Below, in pieces: positions 49,454-59,510 of a stretch of DNA of 64,000 bases (the stretch's first letter is position 1; each line of letters begins with the position of its first letter). The notes below the pieces were generated by a model, which was not told the DNA's origin, ran no database searches, and saw only the letters and a list, made by a program, of their open reading frames with translations. Source of the stretch: a virus (taxonomy: Duplodnaviria > Heunggongvirae > Uroviricota > Caudoviricetes); the IMG/VR virus record IMGVR_UViG_3300043418_000226. One strand, given 5' to 3'. Both the position numbers and the translations under genes were made by a program.

Positions 49454-52084
49454 ATGGCACAAATTATTAAACACAGAAGAGGGTCGATCGCCTCTTTAAA
49501 AGGTACGACGGCTAGAAATGGTGAATTAATCATTGCTTCTGGGTCTATAAGTAACTTAAACGGTCCTTTTGTATTCATCGGTTCACCCAACTCAACAGAC
49601 GAAGGTGTGGCAGGTGCGTTCAATTCAATCTCTAAAATTTATCAAGGAACCGCAGCACCTACTCTCCAAGTTGGAACCTATGGTTCAATGTTAGACGGTA
49701 CACCGTTTTATGCGACCGGTAACAAATCGTTATATGTGTTAAATAATGACGGAGCTGGTGGTAATAATAAAATGGACTTAACTGGTAACCTTGAAGGTAA
49801 AACTGTTAGTGGTATGACAATTAATACCTTAACAAGTACTAACGTTAACGCAACCACAATTTCAGGTTCTTTTGTTGGAGATGCTGCAGGTCTCTATAAC
49901 ATACCTGCCGGAAATGTTACTGGATTATCTTTAAGTCAAATAGGTAATGGTACTGCAACTGCTTCGATTAGTCAAACAAATGGATTTAGAGTTAATACTG
50001 ACACTATAATTACTGGTTCATTAACTGTTACAGGGGCAATTGTTTCTGCAACTACACCGTTAGTTTCAGGTTCAAGTCAAATTGTACTTTCATCAACAAC
50101 AGGTTATAGTACATATAGTTCATCAGTTGCAACTGCTATCACAGGTTTAAGTTCTTCAGTTACAACTACAGTTAATAGTTTAAGTGCATCAATTGCAACT
50201 ACGGATGCTGCTCAAAATGTCAGATTAGGTTCATTAGAAACTGCCACCGGTAGTTTAAGTGCATCAATTGCAACTACGGATGCTGCACAGAGTGTTAAAA
50301 TAGGTTTATTAGAAACTGCAACAGGTTCACTTAACTCATTTACAAGTTCTATTAACACTACAATCAAGTCTAAACTTAATACAGATGGTGTAGTTTCAGG
50401 AAGTTCTCAAATTGATATTACATCAACTACGGGGTATTCAACATTCAGTTCATCACTTGCATCCACAGACGCTGCACAGAGTGTTAAAATAGGTTTATTG
50501 GAAACCGCAACAGGTAGTTTAAATTCATTTACAAGTTCTATTAATACAACCATTAAAAGTAAATTAAACACAGATGGTGTAATTTCAGGTTCATCTCAAG
50601 TCGACGTGACCTCAACAACAGGTTATTCAACATTTAGTTCCTCAATTGCAACTACAGATGCTGCTCAAAATGTTAGATTAGGTTTGTTAGAAACCGCAAG
50701 TGGTAGTATTAGAAGTGATTTTAATACCTATACCGGTTCTAATGACACTACAAATACTACACAAAATAGTAGATTAGGTTCATTAGAAACCGCAACAGGT
50801 TCACTTAATTCATTTACAAGTTCTATTAACACTACAATCAAGTCTAAACTTAATACAGACGGAGTAATTTCAGGTTCATCTCAAGTTGATATAACCGGAA
50901 CAACAAATTATACAACGTTTAGTTCATCTATATCTTCAAGTATTGGAAGTTTAAGTTCGTCAGTTGCGGTTGTTAACTTGGCACAAACTAATAAAATAAC
51001 ATCATTAGAAACTGCAACAGGTTCACTTAACTCATTTACAAGTTCTATTAACACTACAATCAAGTCTAAACTTGACACTGAAACAGTTGTTTCAGGTTCA
51101 GTACAAGTTATTTTAACAGGTACAACAGGTTATGGCACATATAGTTCATCAGTTGCAACTGCAATTACAGGTTTAAGTTCTTCAGTATCAGCAAGTATCA
51201 ATACTTTAAGTGGTTCGGTGGCAACTGCTTTAAATGGTTTAAGTACAACGACAACCAATTTAAGTTCTTCAATCACCACTACTGTTAATAGTTTAAGTTC
51301 TTCTGTATCTTCAAGTATTGGAAGTTTAAGTTCATCAATTGCAACAACTGACTTAGCACAGAATGGTAGATTAACATCAATTGAAAGTAAAACAGGTAGT
51401 TACGCCACAACAGGGTCAAATGTATTTGTTGGTGACCAAACTTTTACGGGTAGTTTATCAATTAGTCAAAACGTCACAATTGCGGGTAGTTTGGAAATTT
51501 TAGGTGAGGCATCGTATGTACACATATCAGCATCTGTCGTTGAACTTGACGATAATATCATCAGATTAAACGCATATTCACCATTCCAAAGATATGCTGG
51601 ATTTGAAGTTATTGACTCAGGTTCATCTGCAACATCTGCATCTTTAGTTTGGGATTCATTAAACGATTATTGGATGTCAGTTGGTTCTAACGGACAATCA
51701 AGTAAAATGATTGGAATCACGGCGGGAACATATGGTACAGAAGCAAGTTTAACCACTAATAAAATATCAAAAGGAACTGGAGCAAATACAGTTGGGGACA
51801 GTTTATTAAGTGACGATGGTACAACGTTAACATATAACACTAATAAATTCACTGTAGCATCTTCTAACGGAGCAACTTTAATCGCAGGTAACGTTACCGT
51901 TAGTTCGGCGGGTGGAACTGATGGTGGTACAAAAACATCAGCAGTTACATTTAGAAACTCATCTAACGTTTTAGGTTACGTTTCAACAACTGAAACAACA
52001 GATGTACTTGATAGTGTATTAGGATATAAATCATCAGGCGGTGGTTTAGTATTCTCAAGTGTTATTGATGGTGGAAGTTTCTAA
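49454..52084 (+). CDS. Long tail-fibre protein with tandem coiled-coil repeats
   Basis: N-terminal MAQIIKHRRG...GEL fibre head; repeats of RLGxLETATGSLNSFTSSINTTIKSKLNTDGVISGSSQ; ends VIDGGSF. Confidence 0.75.
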   Translation: MAQIIKHRRGSIASLKGTTARNGELIIASGSISNLNGPFVFIGSPNSTDEGVAGAFNSISKIYQGTAAPTLQVGTYGSMLDGTPFYATGNKSLYVLNNDGAGGNNKMDLTGNLEGKTVSGMTINTLTSTNVNATTISGSFVGDAAGLYNIPAGNVTGLSLSQIGNGTATASISQTNGFRVNTDTIITGSLTVTGAIVSATTPLVSGSSQIVLSSTTGYSTYSSSVATAITGLSSSVTTTVNSLSASIATTDAAQNVRLGSLETATGSLSASIATTDAAQSVKIGLLETATGSLNSFTSSINTTIKSKLNTDGVVSGSSQIDITSTTGYSTFSSSLASTDAAQSVKIGLLETATGSLNSFTSSINTTIKSKLNTDGVISGSSQVDVTSTTGYSTFSSSIATTDAAQNVRLGLLETASGSIRSDFNTYTGSNDTTNTTQNSRLGSLETATGSLNSFTSSINTTIKSKLNTDGVISGSSQVDITGTTNYTTFSSSISSSIGSLSSSVAVVNLAQTNKITSLETATGSLNSFTSSINTTIKSKLDTETVVSGSVQVILTGTTGYGTYSSSVATAITGLSSSVSASINTLSGSVATALNGLSTTTTNLSSSITTTVNSLSSSVSSSIGSLSSSIATTDLAQNGRLTSIESKTGSYATTGSNVFVGDQTFTGSLSISQNVTIAGSLEILGEASYVHISASVVELDDNIIRLNAYSPFQRYAGFEVIDSGSSATSASLVWDSLNDYWMSVGSNGQSSKMIGITAGTYGTEASLTTNKISKGTGANTVGDSLLSDDGTTLTYNTNKFTVASSNGATLIAGNVTVSSAGGTDGGTKTSAVTFRNSSNVLGYVSTTETTDVLDSVLGYKSSGGGLVFSSVIDGGSF
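50308..51073 (+). repeat. Dispersed direct repeats within fibre gene
   Basis: 70 nt identical at 50308-50377 and 51004-51073; near-identical copy about 50782-50851; diverged copy about 50500-50570. Confidence 0.9.
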
Positions 52085-52108
52085 AATTGAAAAATAACAT
52101 ATAATTTT

Positions 52109-52135
52109 AAAAGGAGGGTTTAACCCTCCTTTTTT
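52109..52135. terminator. Intrinsic terminator
   Basis: AAAAGGAGGGTT-T-AACCCTCCTTTTT. Confidence 0.85.
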
Positions 52136-52219
52136 ATTTAATTTTTATGTATTTATATGTAGACCTAAATAGGTTATTAACCGTGATATATATCACAAGA
52201 CATTGAGAGAACCATACAT

Positions 52220-55200
52220 ATGGCACAGATAGTAAAACTACGTAGAAGTACGGTGCAGGGTCAAAAACCTGTAAATTCTAATATACAATTAGGTGAATTA
52301 GCAATAAACACCACAGACGGTAAAGTTTTCTTTGCAAAATCAGGGTCTCTCGGACCATCTGTTGAAGAATTAATCTCAACAAATACAATTAACACCGGAT
52401 CAATATCAATTACCGGTATTATTAGTGCAAGTGCCGTGCAGGGGGATGGGTCAAATATAATTAATCTTCCATTATCTGCGGTAACTAATTTAACTACAAT
52501 TTCAGGTTCAATTAATACAAGGTTAGGTTTATTAGAAATATCGAGCGGAAGTATTAGAACCGATTTTAATACATTTACGTCAAGTAATAACACAACAAAT
52601 ACCACCCAAAACAGTAGACTAACTTCTATCGAATCTGTAACAGGTAGTTTTGCCATTACTAATGGTAGTAATACATTCCAAGGAAACCAAACTGCAACGG
52701 GAAATTTAATTGCTAATGTTAATTTAATATCGGCAAATAGTTCAGGTGACGAAGGTGGTGAAATTTTATTATATAAACCACAAACTAACTCAACAATTGC
52801 GGGTACGGGAGTAACCATAGACATATATCAAAATAAATTAAGATTTTTTGAACAAGGAGGTAACGCAAGAGGTGCATATATTGATATAACAACGTTATCT
52901 AACAGTGTTGGAACGAATTTATTAGGTGGTGGAGTGGCATCTTCTGTCGATTATTCTAACATAACAAATAAACCAACATTAATATCCGGTTCATCACAAA
53001 TCACATTTAGTGGTTTAAGTGGAATACCTTCAGGTATTGTTTCAGGTTCGAGTCAAGTACTAAACGGTACGACAATTCATTCGGGTTCATTCTTTAACGG
53101 AATTTCAGTTGTTTCAGGTTCAGGTCAAATTGATATTACGTCAACAACAAACTATTCAACATTTAGTTCATCTATTGCAACCACGGACTTAAATCAAAGT
53201 AACAAGATTTCATCATTAGAAACTGCAAGTGGAAGTATCAGAACTGATTTTAACTCATTTACTTCGTCTAACAATACGATTGAATCCACTCAAAATGGTA
53301 GATTAACATCTATTGAAGGAGTTACGGGGTCAATTGGATTATTAAACACATATACGGGAAGCGCCAACGGTAGGTTAACGTCAATTGAAACTGCAACAAG
53401 TAGTTTAAATACATTTACCTCATCTATTAACACCACGATTAAATCTAAACTTAACACAGATGGTGTTATTTCAGGTTCGAGTCAAGTTTTAAATGGTTCA
53501 GGTGTATGGAGTGGGTCAGCTCAATTACCTACTGGGGTTATCTCAGGTAGTTCTCAACTACCAACAGGTACAGTATCGGGTAGTTCACAAGTCGACATAA
53601 CCGCTACTACAAACTATTCAACATTCAGTTCATCACTTGCATCCGTGGATGCCGCACAGAGTGTTAAAATTTCATCATTAGAAACGGCAAGTGGAAGTAT
53701 TAGAACGGATTTTAATACTTACACCTCTTCAGTAAATACTTCATTATCCTCAATGAATGGTGCAATTGAATTCACTGGCTCAGCGTTAACAGTTAAAGGT
53801 AATCTATTAGTTAAAGGTACAACAACCTCAATTAATTCCACAACAATGGACATTGGTGACAATATCATTCAATTAAACGGAACGGGAGCAACGAATGCAG
53901 GTATAGTAGTTAGAGATTCAACTTCACCTAACTTTGTTTCAGGATCATTGTTGTGGGATACAACAAATGACCAATGGATTGCAGGTCCCCTTGGTACAGA
54001 ACAAAAAATAGTTTTAATTGGGGATTTAAGTTCATTAAACACTTATACCGGAAGTGCTAACGGTAGATTAACAAATTTAGAAACAGCCACAAGTAGTTTA
54101 AATACGTTCACAAGTTCAATAAACACCACCATCAAAACTAAAATGAATACCGATGGAGTAATATCTGGTAGTTCACAAGTATTGAGTGGTACGGGAATTT
54201 GGTCAGGATCGGCTCAACTTCCAAGTGGAACGGTTTCGGGTTCGGGACAAATTGCCTTCGGAGGAATCACTGGTGTTCCGGTTGGTTTAGTGTCAGGTAG
54301 TTCACAAGTATTATCAGGGACCGGAATATGGAGTGGATCGGCACAATTACCTTCAGGGATTGTATCGGGTTCATCACAAGTGACATACGGCTCATTAACG
54401 GCAATTCCTTCGGGAATAGTTAGTGGGTCTTCACAAATTGCATTCGGTTCGATAACAGGTGTACCATCGGGAATAGTTAGTGGTTCATCACAAATTACTT
54501 TAGCAAGTACAACAGGTTTTGGAACGTATATTAACCAGGCGGTTTTAACGTCATCGGCTCCTTCATTTGCAGGTGCCACATTTACCGCAGCGGGAAGTGC
54601 AACTTCGGGTACCATAAATTTACAATCAACTGATTCGTTTATTAGACTATATACCACAGGTGGTACTGCAGATAAACAAAAATGGGACATTAGATCAATC
54701 AGTGCCGCGTCAAGTGAATCTTTTGAAATTAGAACAATAAATGACGCAAATACCGTATTCAGTACTAAGTTCGTTATTAACAATAGTGGAACAATTAAGT
54801 TACCTTATTATTCAACGGATGGGTTTGTTAAATTCAGTTCAAGTAATGGAACCTTAGTTGTTGACACAACCACATATCTTAGTAGTATAACAAGTACTAA
54901 CGTCACAACGGCGTTAGGGTTTACACCATACAACGCAACTAACCCGTCGGGTTATATAACATCTGCAGGTACTGCAGCTAACGTTAGTGGAACAGTTGCA
55001 GTTGCCAATGGAGGAACGGGTGGTACAACAGCGGCAAGTGCTAGAACGAACTTAGGTTTGGTAATTGGTACTGATGTTTTGGCATATAGAACATTTGGAA
55101 CTGCAGCCTCAAATAATACGGGTGATTTTGCATTGTACAATGCAACACATTATGTTGGGACGACGGCAATTGCCGCAAACAGAACTTCAGCTTCACAAAC

Positions 55201-55885
55201 GTTAACAGGAGTATCGATTGACGGTAATGCGGCAACGTCAACACAAGTAACACAAACATTAACAGGGACGAACTCGGCGAATTTACTATATGCCGCAATT
55301 GCGGATAATGACTTTGCAAGAATCCGTGTCGGCGGGGATGCGACAAATGCTGGTTGGTTGGAGTTAGCAACTGCGGATGATGGTACAGAACCAATTTATG
55401 TTAGACAATATACTGGAACATTTGTAACCGCAACAAGAACCGCAACATTATTAGACGGTAGTGGTAACACATCATTTCCGGGAACGGTAAGTGGAGCTAG
55501 ATTATCTTCTTCGGATGGAACCAATGCAATATCAATCGGACAATGGGATGGAACGTACAATAGAATTGAAAGTTCCAATAGACCTCTTTTCCTAACATCA
55601 TATACCACCGCAATTCATTTTGGTATGAGTGGTGGAATAAATTACACAATGAATAGTTCCGGTTTGATACCATCGGCAAATAACACCTATAACTTAGGTT
55701 CCGCAACGTATGGTTGGGCAAACGTTTATACGAATGACTTACATTTAAGTAACATGAATAAACCTGAAGGAAACGATATCGACGGAACAAGTGGTACATG
55801 GACAATTCAGGAGGGAGCTGAGAATCTATATATCATAAACAATAGAAACGGTAAGAAGTTTAAAATTAATTTAGAAGAAATTTAA
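52220..55885 (+). CDS. Long tail-fibre protein (mosaic)
   Basis: MAQIVKLRRS...LGELAINTTDGKVFF head; VSGSSQ repeats; VANGGTGGTTAASARTNLGL; C-terminal LGS....WANVYTNDLHLSN...DGTSGTWTIQEGAENLYIIN. Confidence 0.8.
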   Translation: MAQIVKLRRSTVQGQKPVNSNIQLGELAINTTDGKVFFAKSGSLGPSVEELISTNTINTGSISITGIISASAVQGDGSNIINLPLSAVTNLTTISGSINTRLGLLEISSGSIRTDFNTFTSSNNTTNTTQNSRLTSIESVTGSFAITNGSNTFQGNQTATGNLIANVNLISANSSGDEGGEILLYKPQTNSTIAGTGVTIDIYQNKLRFFEQGGNARGAYIDITTLSNSVGTNLLGGGVASSVDYSNITNKPTLISGSSQITFSGLSGIPSGIVSGSSQVLNGTTIHSGSFFNGISVVSGSGQIDITSTTNYSTFSSSIATTDLNQSNKISSLETASGSIRTDFNSFTSSNNTIESTQNGRLTSIEGVTGSIGLLNTYTGSANGRLTSIETATSSLNTFTSSINTTIKSKLNTDGVISGSSQVLNGSGVWSGSAQLPTGVISGSSQLPTGTVSGSSQVDITATTNYSTFSSSLASVDAAQSVKISSLETASGSIRTDFNTYTSSVNTSLSSMNGAIEFTGSALTVKGNLLVKGTTTSINSTTMDIGDNIIQLNGTGATNAGIVVRDSTSPNFVSGSLLWDTTNDQWIAGPLGTEQKIVLIGDLSSLNTYTGSANGRLTNLETATSSLNTFTSSINTTIKTKMNTDGVISGSSQVLSGTGIWSGSAQLPSGTVSGSGQIAFGGITGVPVGLVSGSSQVLSGTGIWSGSAQLPSGIVSGSSQVTYGSLTAIPSGIVSGSSQIAFGSITGVPSGIVSGSSQITLASTTGFGTYINQAVLTSSAPSFAGATFTAAGSATSGTINLQSTDSFIRLYTTGGTADKQKWDIRSISAASSESFEIRTINDANTVFSTKFVINNSGTIKLPYYSTDGFVKFSSSNGTLVVDTTTYLSSITSTNVTTALGFTPYNATNPSGYITSAGTAANVSGTVAVANGGTGGTTAASARTNLGLVIGTDVLAYRTFGTAASNNTGDFALYNATHYVGTTAIAANRTSASQTLTGVSIDGNAATSTQVTQTLTGTNSANLLYAAIADNDFARIRVGGDATNAGWLELATADDGTEPIYVRQYTGTFVTATRTATLLDGSGNTSFPGTVSGARLSSSDGTNAISIGQWDGTYNRIESSNRPLFLTSYTTAIHFGMSGGINYTMNSSGLIPSANNTYNLGSATYGWANVYTNDLHLSNMNKPEGNDIDGTSGTWTIQEGAENLYIINNRNGKKFKINLEEI

Positions 55886-55922
55886 TATAGATTTTTACAA
55901 TAAAAAACATTATAATAAAAAT

Positions 55923-56654
55923 ATGCCATTATACATTAAAAATAATCAAGTTATTAGTTCGAATGATATCACCAGTGGTGGAACTTCTATAGGAAAAGTT
56001 AATCGCGATGGGTTAATTTTACATTTAGATGCGGGTCATTCGGATTCATATTCTGGTAGTGGTAGTACTTGGTATGATTTAAGTGGTACGGGTAATAATG
56101 TTACCATAACGGGCCCTACATGGACAACTATCGGCGGAGTAACATCGTTTAATTTTAACGGTAATGGACAATACGTTAGTAAAACGGGACTTTCATTGTT
56201 CCCAACGACTCAATTAACATATGAAGTTTGGTTATACCCTGCCGCTAGTGACACACAGGCCGATGATAGAGGATGTGTAATTCAGACTGGTGGTGGAAAT
56301 GCGGCATATATGAGTTTTAATAAAACGAATAGGTATATGTCAAATTATTGGTATAATCACTTACCCGAAGGTTATCACGAATCTAATGGGCCGTCTGCTA
56401 GAAGTGCGTGGCACCATTGGTGTGCGGTTTGGGATAATAAAAGTGTACATCAATGGGTTGACGGAACATATAATGTTGTGAAAAACGTATACGGAACATC
56501 AACTGCCAATACGAATTTATGGATTGGGAATGAAGGCGGGGGTTCTAGACAATTTTCGGGAGCCATCGCGGTTGTAAGAATTTATAATAGAGGATTAAAC
56601 GGTTATGAGGTTTACGAAAACTTTCGAGCTCAAAGAGGACGTTTTGGAATATAA
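55923..56654 (+). CDS. LamG/concanavalin-like lectin domain protein
   Basis: GLILHLDAG..DSYSGSGSTWYDLSG...W.H...W...VDG...F.G.I..VRIYNRGL...E. Confidence 0.85.
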   Translation: MPLYIKNNQVISSNDITSGGTSIGKVNRDGLILHLDAGHSDSYSGSGSTWYDLSGTGNNVTITGPTWTTIGGVTSFNFNGNGQYVSKTGLSLFPTTQLTYEVWLYPAASDTQADDRGCVIQTGGGNAAYMSFNKTNRYMSNYWYNHLPEGYHESNGPSARSAWHHWCAVWDNKSVHQWVDGTYNVVKNVYGTSTANTNLWIGNEGGGSRQFSGAIAVVRIYNRGLNGYEVYENFRAQRGRFGI

Positions 56655-56662
56655 ATAAAATT

Positions 56663-57466
56663 ATGGGAATAAAAATAGGTAGTAATACATTATCGGGAAT
56701 TAACTTTAATACGTTAGGTGAAAACATTGTACCAAATGTCGTCACTGACGGTTTAGTGTTATGGTTAGATGCTGGTAACGGAGCTTCATTCGGTAATGCA
56801 GACACATACTATGATTGTGGATACGGATGTCAATATTACTCAACAAATCCCGGTTGTACAAATTGTAATACCCAATGGAAAGACATGTCCGGATATGGGA
56901 ACGATGCAACATTATACAATGGAGCATACGTTAGTTACGACACAAATAGTGGTGGAGGTTCAGTATATTTCGATGGGGTCAACGACAACGCTAGACAATC
57001 GAATACCACATTTAATAGGGTAAATGGTGATGAAATGACGGTTTCTGTTTGGATGAGACCAGGTAGAAATGGGGGGCAATATCAAGATATCATTGTTAAT
57101 CGTTCGGATAGTTTGTATAATTGGATGTTATACCAACACACAACGGATGGGTCAATACAATTACATGGTTCAGCACAAAATAAATCATCATATATTCCAA
57201 CATTAAATGTTTGGATAAACGTATCGGCAACGGTAACATCTGGAGGTGTTTACACTTTATATGTTAACGGAGTTGTTCAACAAACAGTGAGTGGCTATAC
57301 ATATGCAGGAATGTCCCCAAGTTTATTATGTATCGGTTGTTTTGGAACGACAATTTATGAACCATATTTAGGTTACGTCTCTTCCGCAATGATTTATAAT
57401 AGATCCTTAAGTGCAAATGAAATTTTACAAAATTTTAATAACGGAAGAATTAGATTTGGAATATAA
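56663..57466 (+). CDS. LamG-like lectin domain protein with Cys-rich insert
   Basis: VTDGLVLWLDAG...WKDMSG...YFDGVND...YVNG...IYNRSLSANEI; insert CGYGC...GCTNC. Confidence 0.85.
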   Translation: MGIKIGSNTLSGINFNTLGENIVPNVVTDGLVLWLDAGNGASFGNADTYYDCGYGCQYYSTNPGCTNCNTQWKDMSGYGNDATLYNGAYVSYDTNSGGGSVYFDGVNDNARQSNTTFNRVNGDEMTVSVWMRPGRNGGQYQDIIVNRSDSLYNWMLYQHTTDGSIQLHGSAQNKSSYIPTLNVWINVSATVTSGGVYTLYVNGVVQQTVSGYTYAGMSPSLLCIGCFGTTIYEPYLGYVSSAMIYNRSLSANEILQNFNNGRIRFGI

Positions 57467-57469
57467 TAT

Positions 57470-59113
57470 ATGTCAGTAATTTTTAAAAAAACAAATATGT
57501 TACCCGTCGAACAATGGACAATTGGTTCAGACGGTGTTGGTGATTTTAATGCAAATGGTAGTGCGGGTGAAAATGCGAGAATATTAGGTACCGACCCATT
57601 TGGTAATAGTGCTATCGTTTGGCAATCACAACCAAATGGAAACGGTAATGACGACGGTGGTTGGAATTGTAATTCGTTTACTATAGATGAAAAAAAATTA
57701 TATCGTTTTTCCGTATGGGTTAAAAGAGTATCATCAACGACTAATGGTACTTCTTATTTTGGGTTAAATGCAAGTGCAAATCCCGTGGGGATATCGGGAG
57801 GTTCACAAATGGGTAACCCATATTGGGATTGTCGAAATATTGGTTCATTTACACAAGACGTATGGTATCTGTTGGTGGGTCACGTATTTCCATCTGATTA
57901 TACCGGCGGACTTACAGTACATCCAGACACCGCAATATATACAACATCGGGGTATAACACGGGTATTGGTTTTTGTAATATTGGTAGTGATTTAAAATGG
58001 TATCCTGGAACCACTTACGCAAATCACCGAGCATATCATTATTATTGTAATGATAATACTTCTAGAATACAATGGTATGAACCAAGAATGGACCTATGTG
58101 ACGGTTCAGAACCAAAAATAAGTGACTTACTTGCAAATAGTAGAAACATATTAAGTTCAAGTTCAGTAACCGTTGAAGGTGCCTCAATTAAAAATCAAAA
58201 AATTATTGCAAGTGGGGGTATCATTACAGATTTTGGTGAATGGAGAGTACATAGATTTAATAGTAGTGGTACATTTACTTTAACGTCTTCAGTTGGAACA
58301 TCGTTACCTGTCGATTACCTAATCGTTGCCGGTGGCGGTGGTGGTGGAATGGACATGGGCGGCGGAGGTGGCGGCGGAGGAGTTTTAAATGGTAAAACTA
58401 TTTTAACACCGGCATCGTACACAATCACCGTAGGTGGTGGAGGTACAGGTGCACCTGCAGCAGGAACGAACGGACAAAATACCAATCACCAATATAATAT
58501 ATCGGCAACTCAAGGAGGTAACTCATCTTTTAATGGACTAACAGCCGTTGGTGGTGGGTACGGTGCAAGTTCATATTATGGTTACACTCCAAACTATGGA
58601 TACCCTGGTAGTGGTGGTAGTGGTGGAGGACCTAGCGGATATAGTGATGGTAGTACCCGAAGTGGAGGTACAGGAACTTCAGGTCAAGGAAATAATGGCG
58701 GAGGTGGTGGTGGTCAATACTACTCAGGTGGTGGCGGTGGAGCCGGTTCCGTTGGTACAAGTTCAACAAATAGACCTGATGGAGGTTCGGGAAAATTAGT
58801 ACCAATATTAGGACGACCATTCTATTGGGGCGGTGGTGGAGGTGGAGCATCGTATTCATTAGGTACTGGCGGTTATGGTGGTACCGGTGGCGGTGGTGGC
58901 GGTGCTGTCGGTGTAACAACAGGTGGACAAAATGGAGTTGCTTGGGGAGGTAACGGCGGTGGTGGATCACCAAACTCACAAACTAACACGCCAGGTGGAG
59001 ATGGAGGAACGAACACCGGTGGAGGAGGTGGTGGAGGTTCTCACTATAATGCAAATAATAAAGGAGGTAACGGTGGAAGTGGTATCGTTATCATTAGATA
59101 TAAAATAAAATAA
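57470..59113 (+). CDS. Tail-associated protein: carbohydrate-binding-like N domain plus glycine-rich domain
   Basis: KLYRFSVWVKR module; ASGG...HRFNSSGTFT...DYLIVAGGGGG...GGNGGSGIVIIRY glycine-rich domain. Confidence 0.8.
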   Translation: MSVIFKKTNMLPVEQWTIGSDGVGDFNANGSAGENARILGTDPFGNSAIVWQSQPNGNGNDDGGWNCNSFTIDEKKLYRFSVWVKRVSSTTNGTSYFGLNASANPVGISGGSQMGNPYWDCRNIGSFTQDVWYLLVGHVFPSDYTGGLTVHPDTAIYTTSGYNTGIGFCNIGSDLKWYPGTTYANHRAYHYYCNDNTSRIQWYEPRMDLCDGSEPKISDLLANSRNILSSSSVTVEGASIKNQKIIASGGIITDFGEWRVHRFNSSGTFTLTSSVGTSLPVDYLIVAGGGGGGMDMGGGGGGGGVLNGKTILTPASYTITVGGGGTGAPAAGTNGQNTNHQYNISATQGGNSSFNGLTAVGGGYGASSYYGYTPNYGYPGSGGSGGGPSGYSDGSTRSGGTGTSGQGNNGGGGGGQYYSGGGGGAGSVGTSSTNRPDGGSGKLVPILGRPFYWGGGGGGASYSLGTGGYGGTGGGGGGAVGVTTGGQNGVAWGGNGGGGSPNSQTNTPGGDGGTNTGGGGGGGSHYNANNKGGNGGSGIVIIRYKIK

Positions 59114-59116
59114 AAC

Positions 59117-59482
59117 ATGGCACATTTTGCACAGATAGACGATAATAACATTGTGACACAAGTATTAGTGGTACCCGATGAACAACAATATAGAGGTCAG
59201 GATTATTTATCAAACGATTTAATGTTAGGTGGAAGATGGGTTCAAACTTCCTATAATGGTAACATGAGAGGAATGTTTGCGGGAATTGGTTATAGTTACA
59301 ATCAAGATTTAAATACTTTCATATCCCCAAAACCATTCCCATCTTGGATATTAAATAATAATTTAGGTATATGGGAATCGCCAATTGAAAAACCAAACGA
59401 CGAAGAAGGAAAAGTATGGATATGGGATGAAGAAAATCAACAATGGAATCAAGAAGATTTACCAACACCAATCATTTCGTAA
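59117..59482 (+). CDS. Conserved partner of glycine-rich tail proteins
   Basis: MAHFAQID..NIVTQVLVV...WVQTSYN...R..FAGIGYSY....FI.PKPFPSW.L...W..P...P....W.WDE. Confidence 0.75.
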   Translation: MAHFAQIDDNNIVTQVLVVPDEQQYRGQDYLSNDLMLGGRWVQTSYNGNMRGMFAGIGYSYNQDLNTFISPKPFPSWILNNNLGIWESPIEKPNDEEGKVWIWDEENQQWNQEDLPTPIIS

Positions 59483-59510
59483 TTCAATTTTTTTTTCGTA
59501 TCATTGTACA

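Noticed and set aside
50200-51100. CRISPR-like array
   Set aside because: Repeats are in-frame coding units of irregular spacing within a fibre gene; no cas genes and no unique-spacer structure.
48680-59113. Diversity-generating retroelement acting on fibre or LamG genes
   Set aside because: No reverse transcriptase in the window and no template/variable repeat pair differing only at adenines; the repeats differ mainly at synonymous positions.
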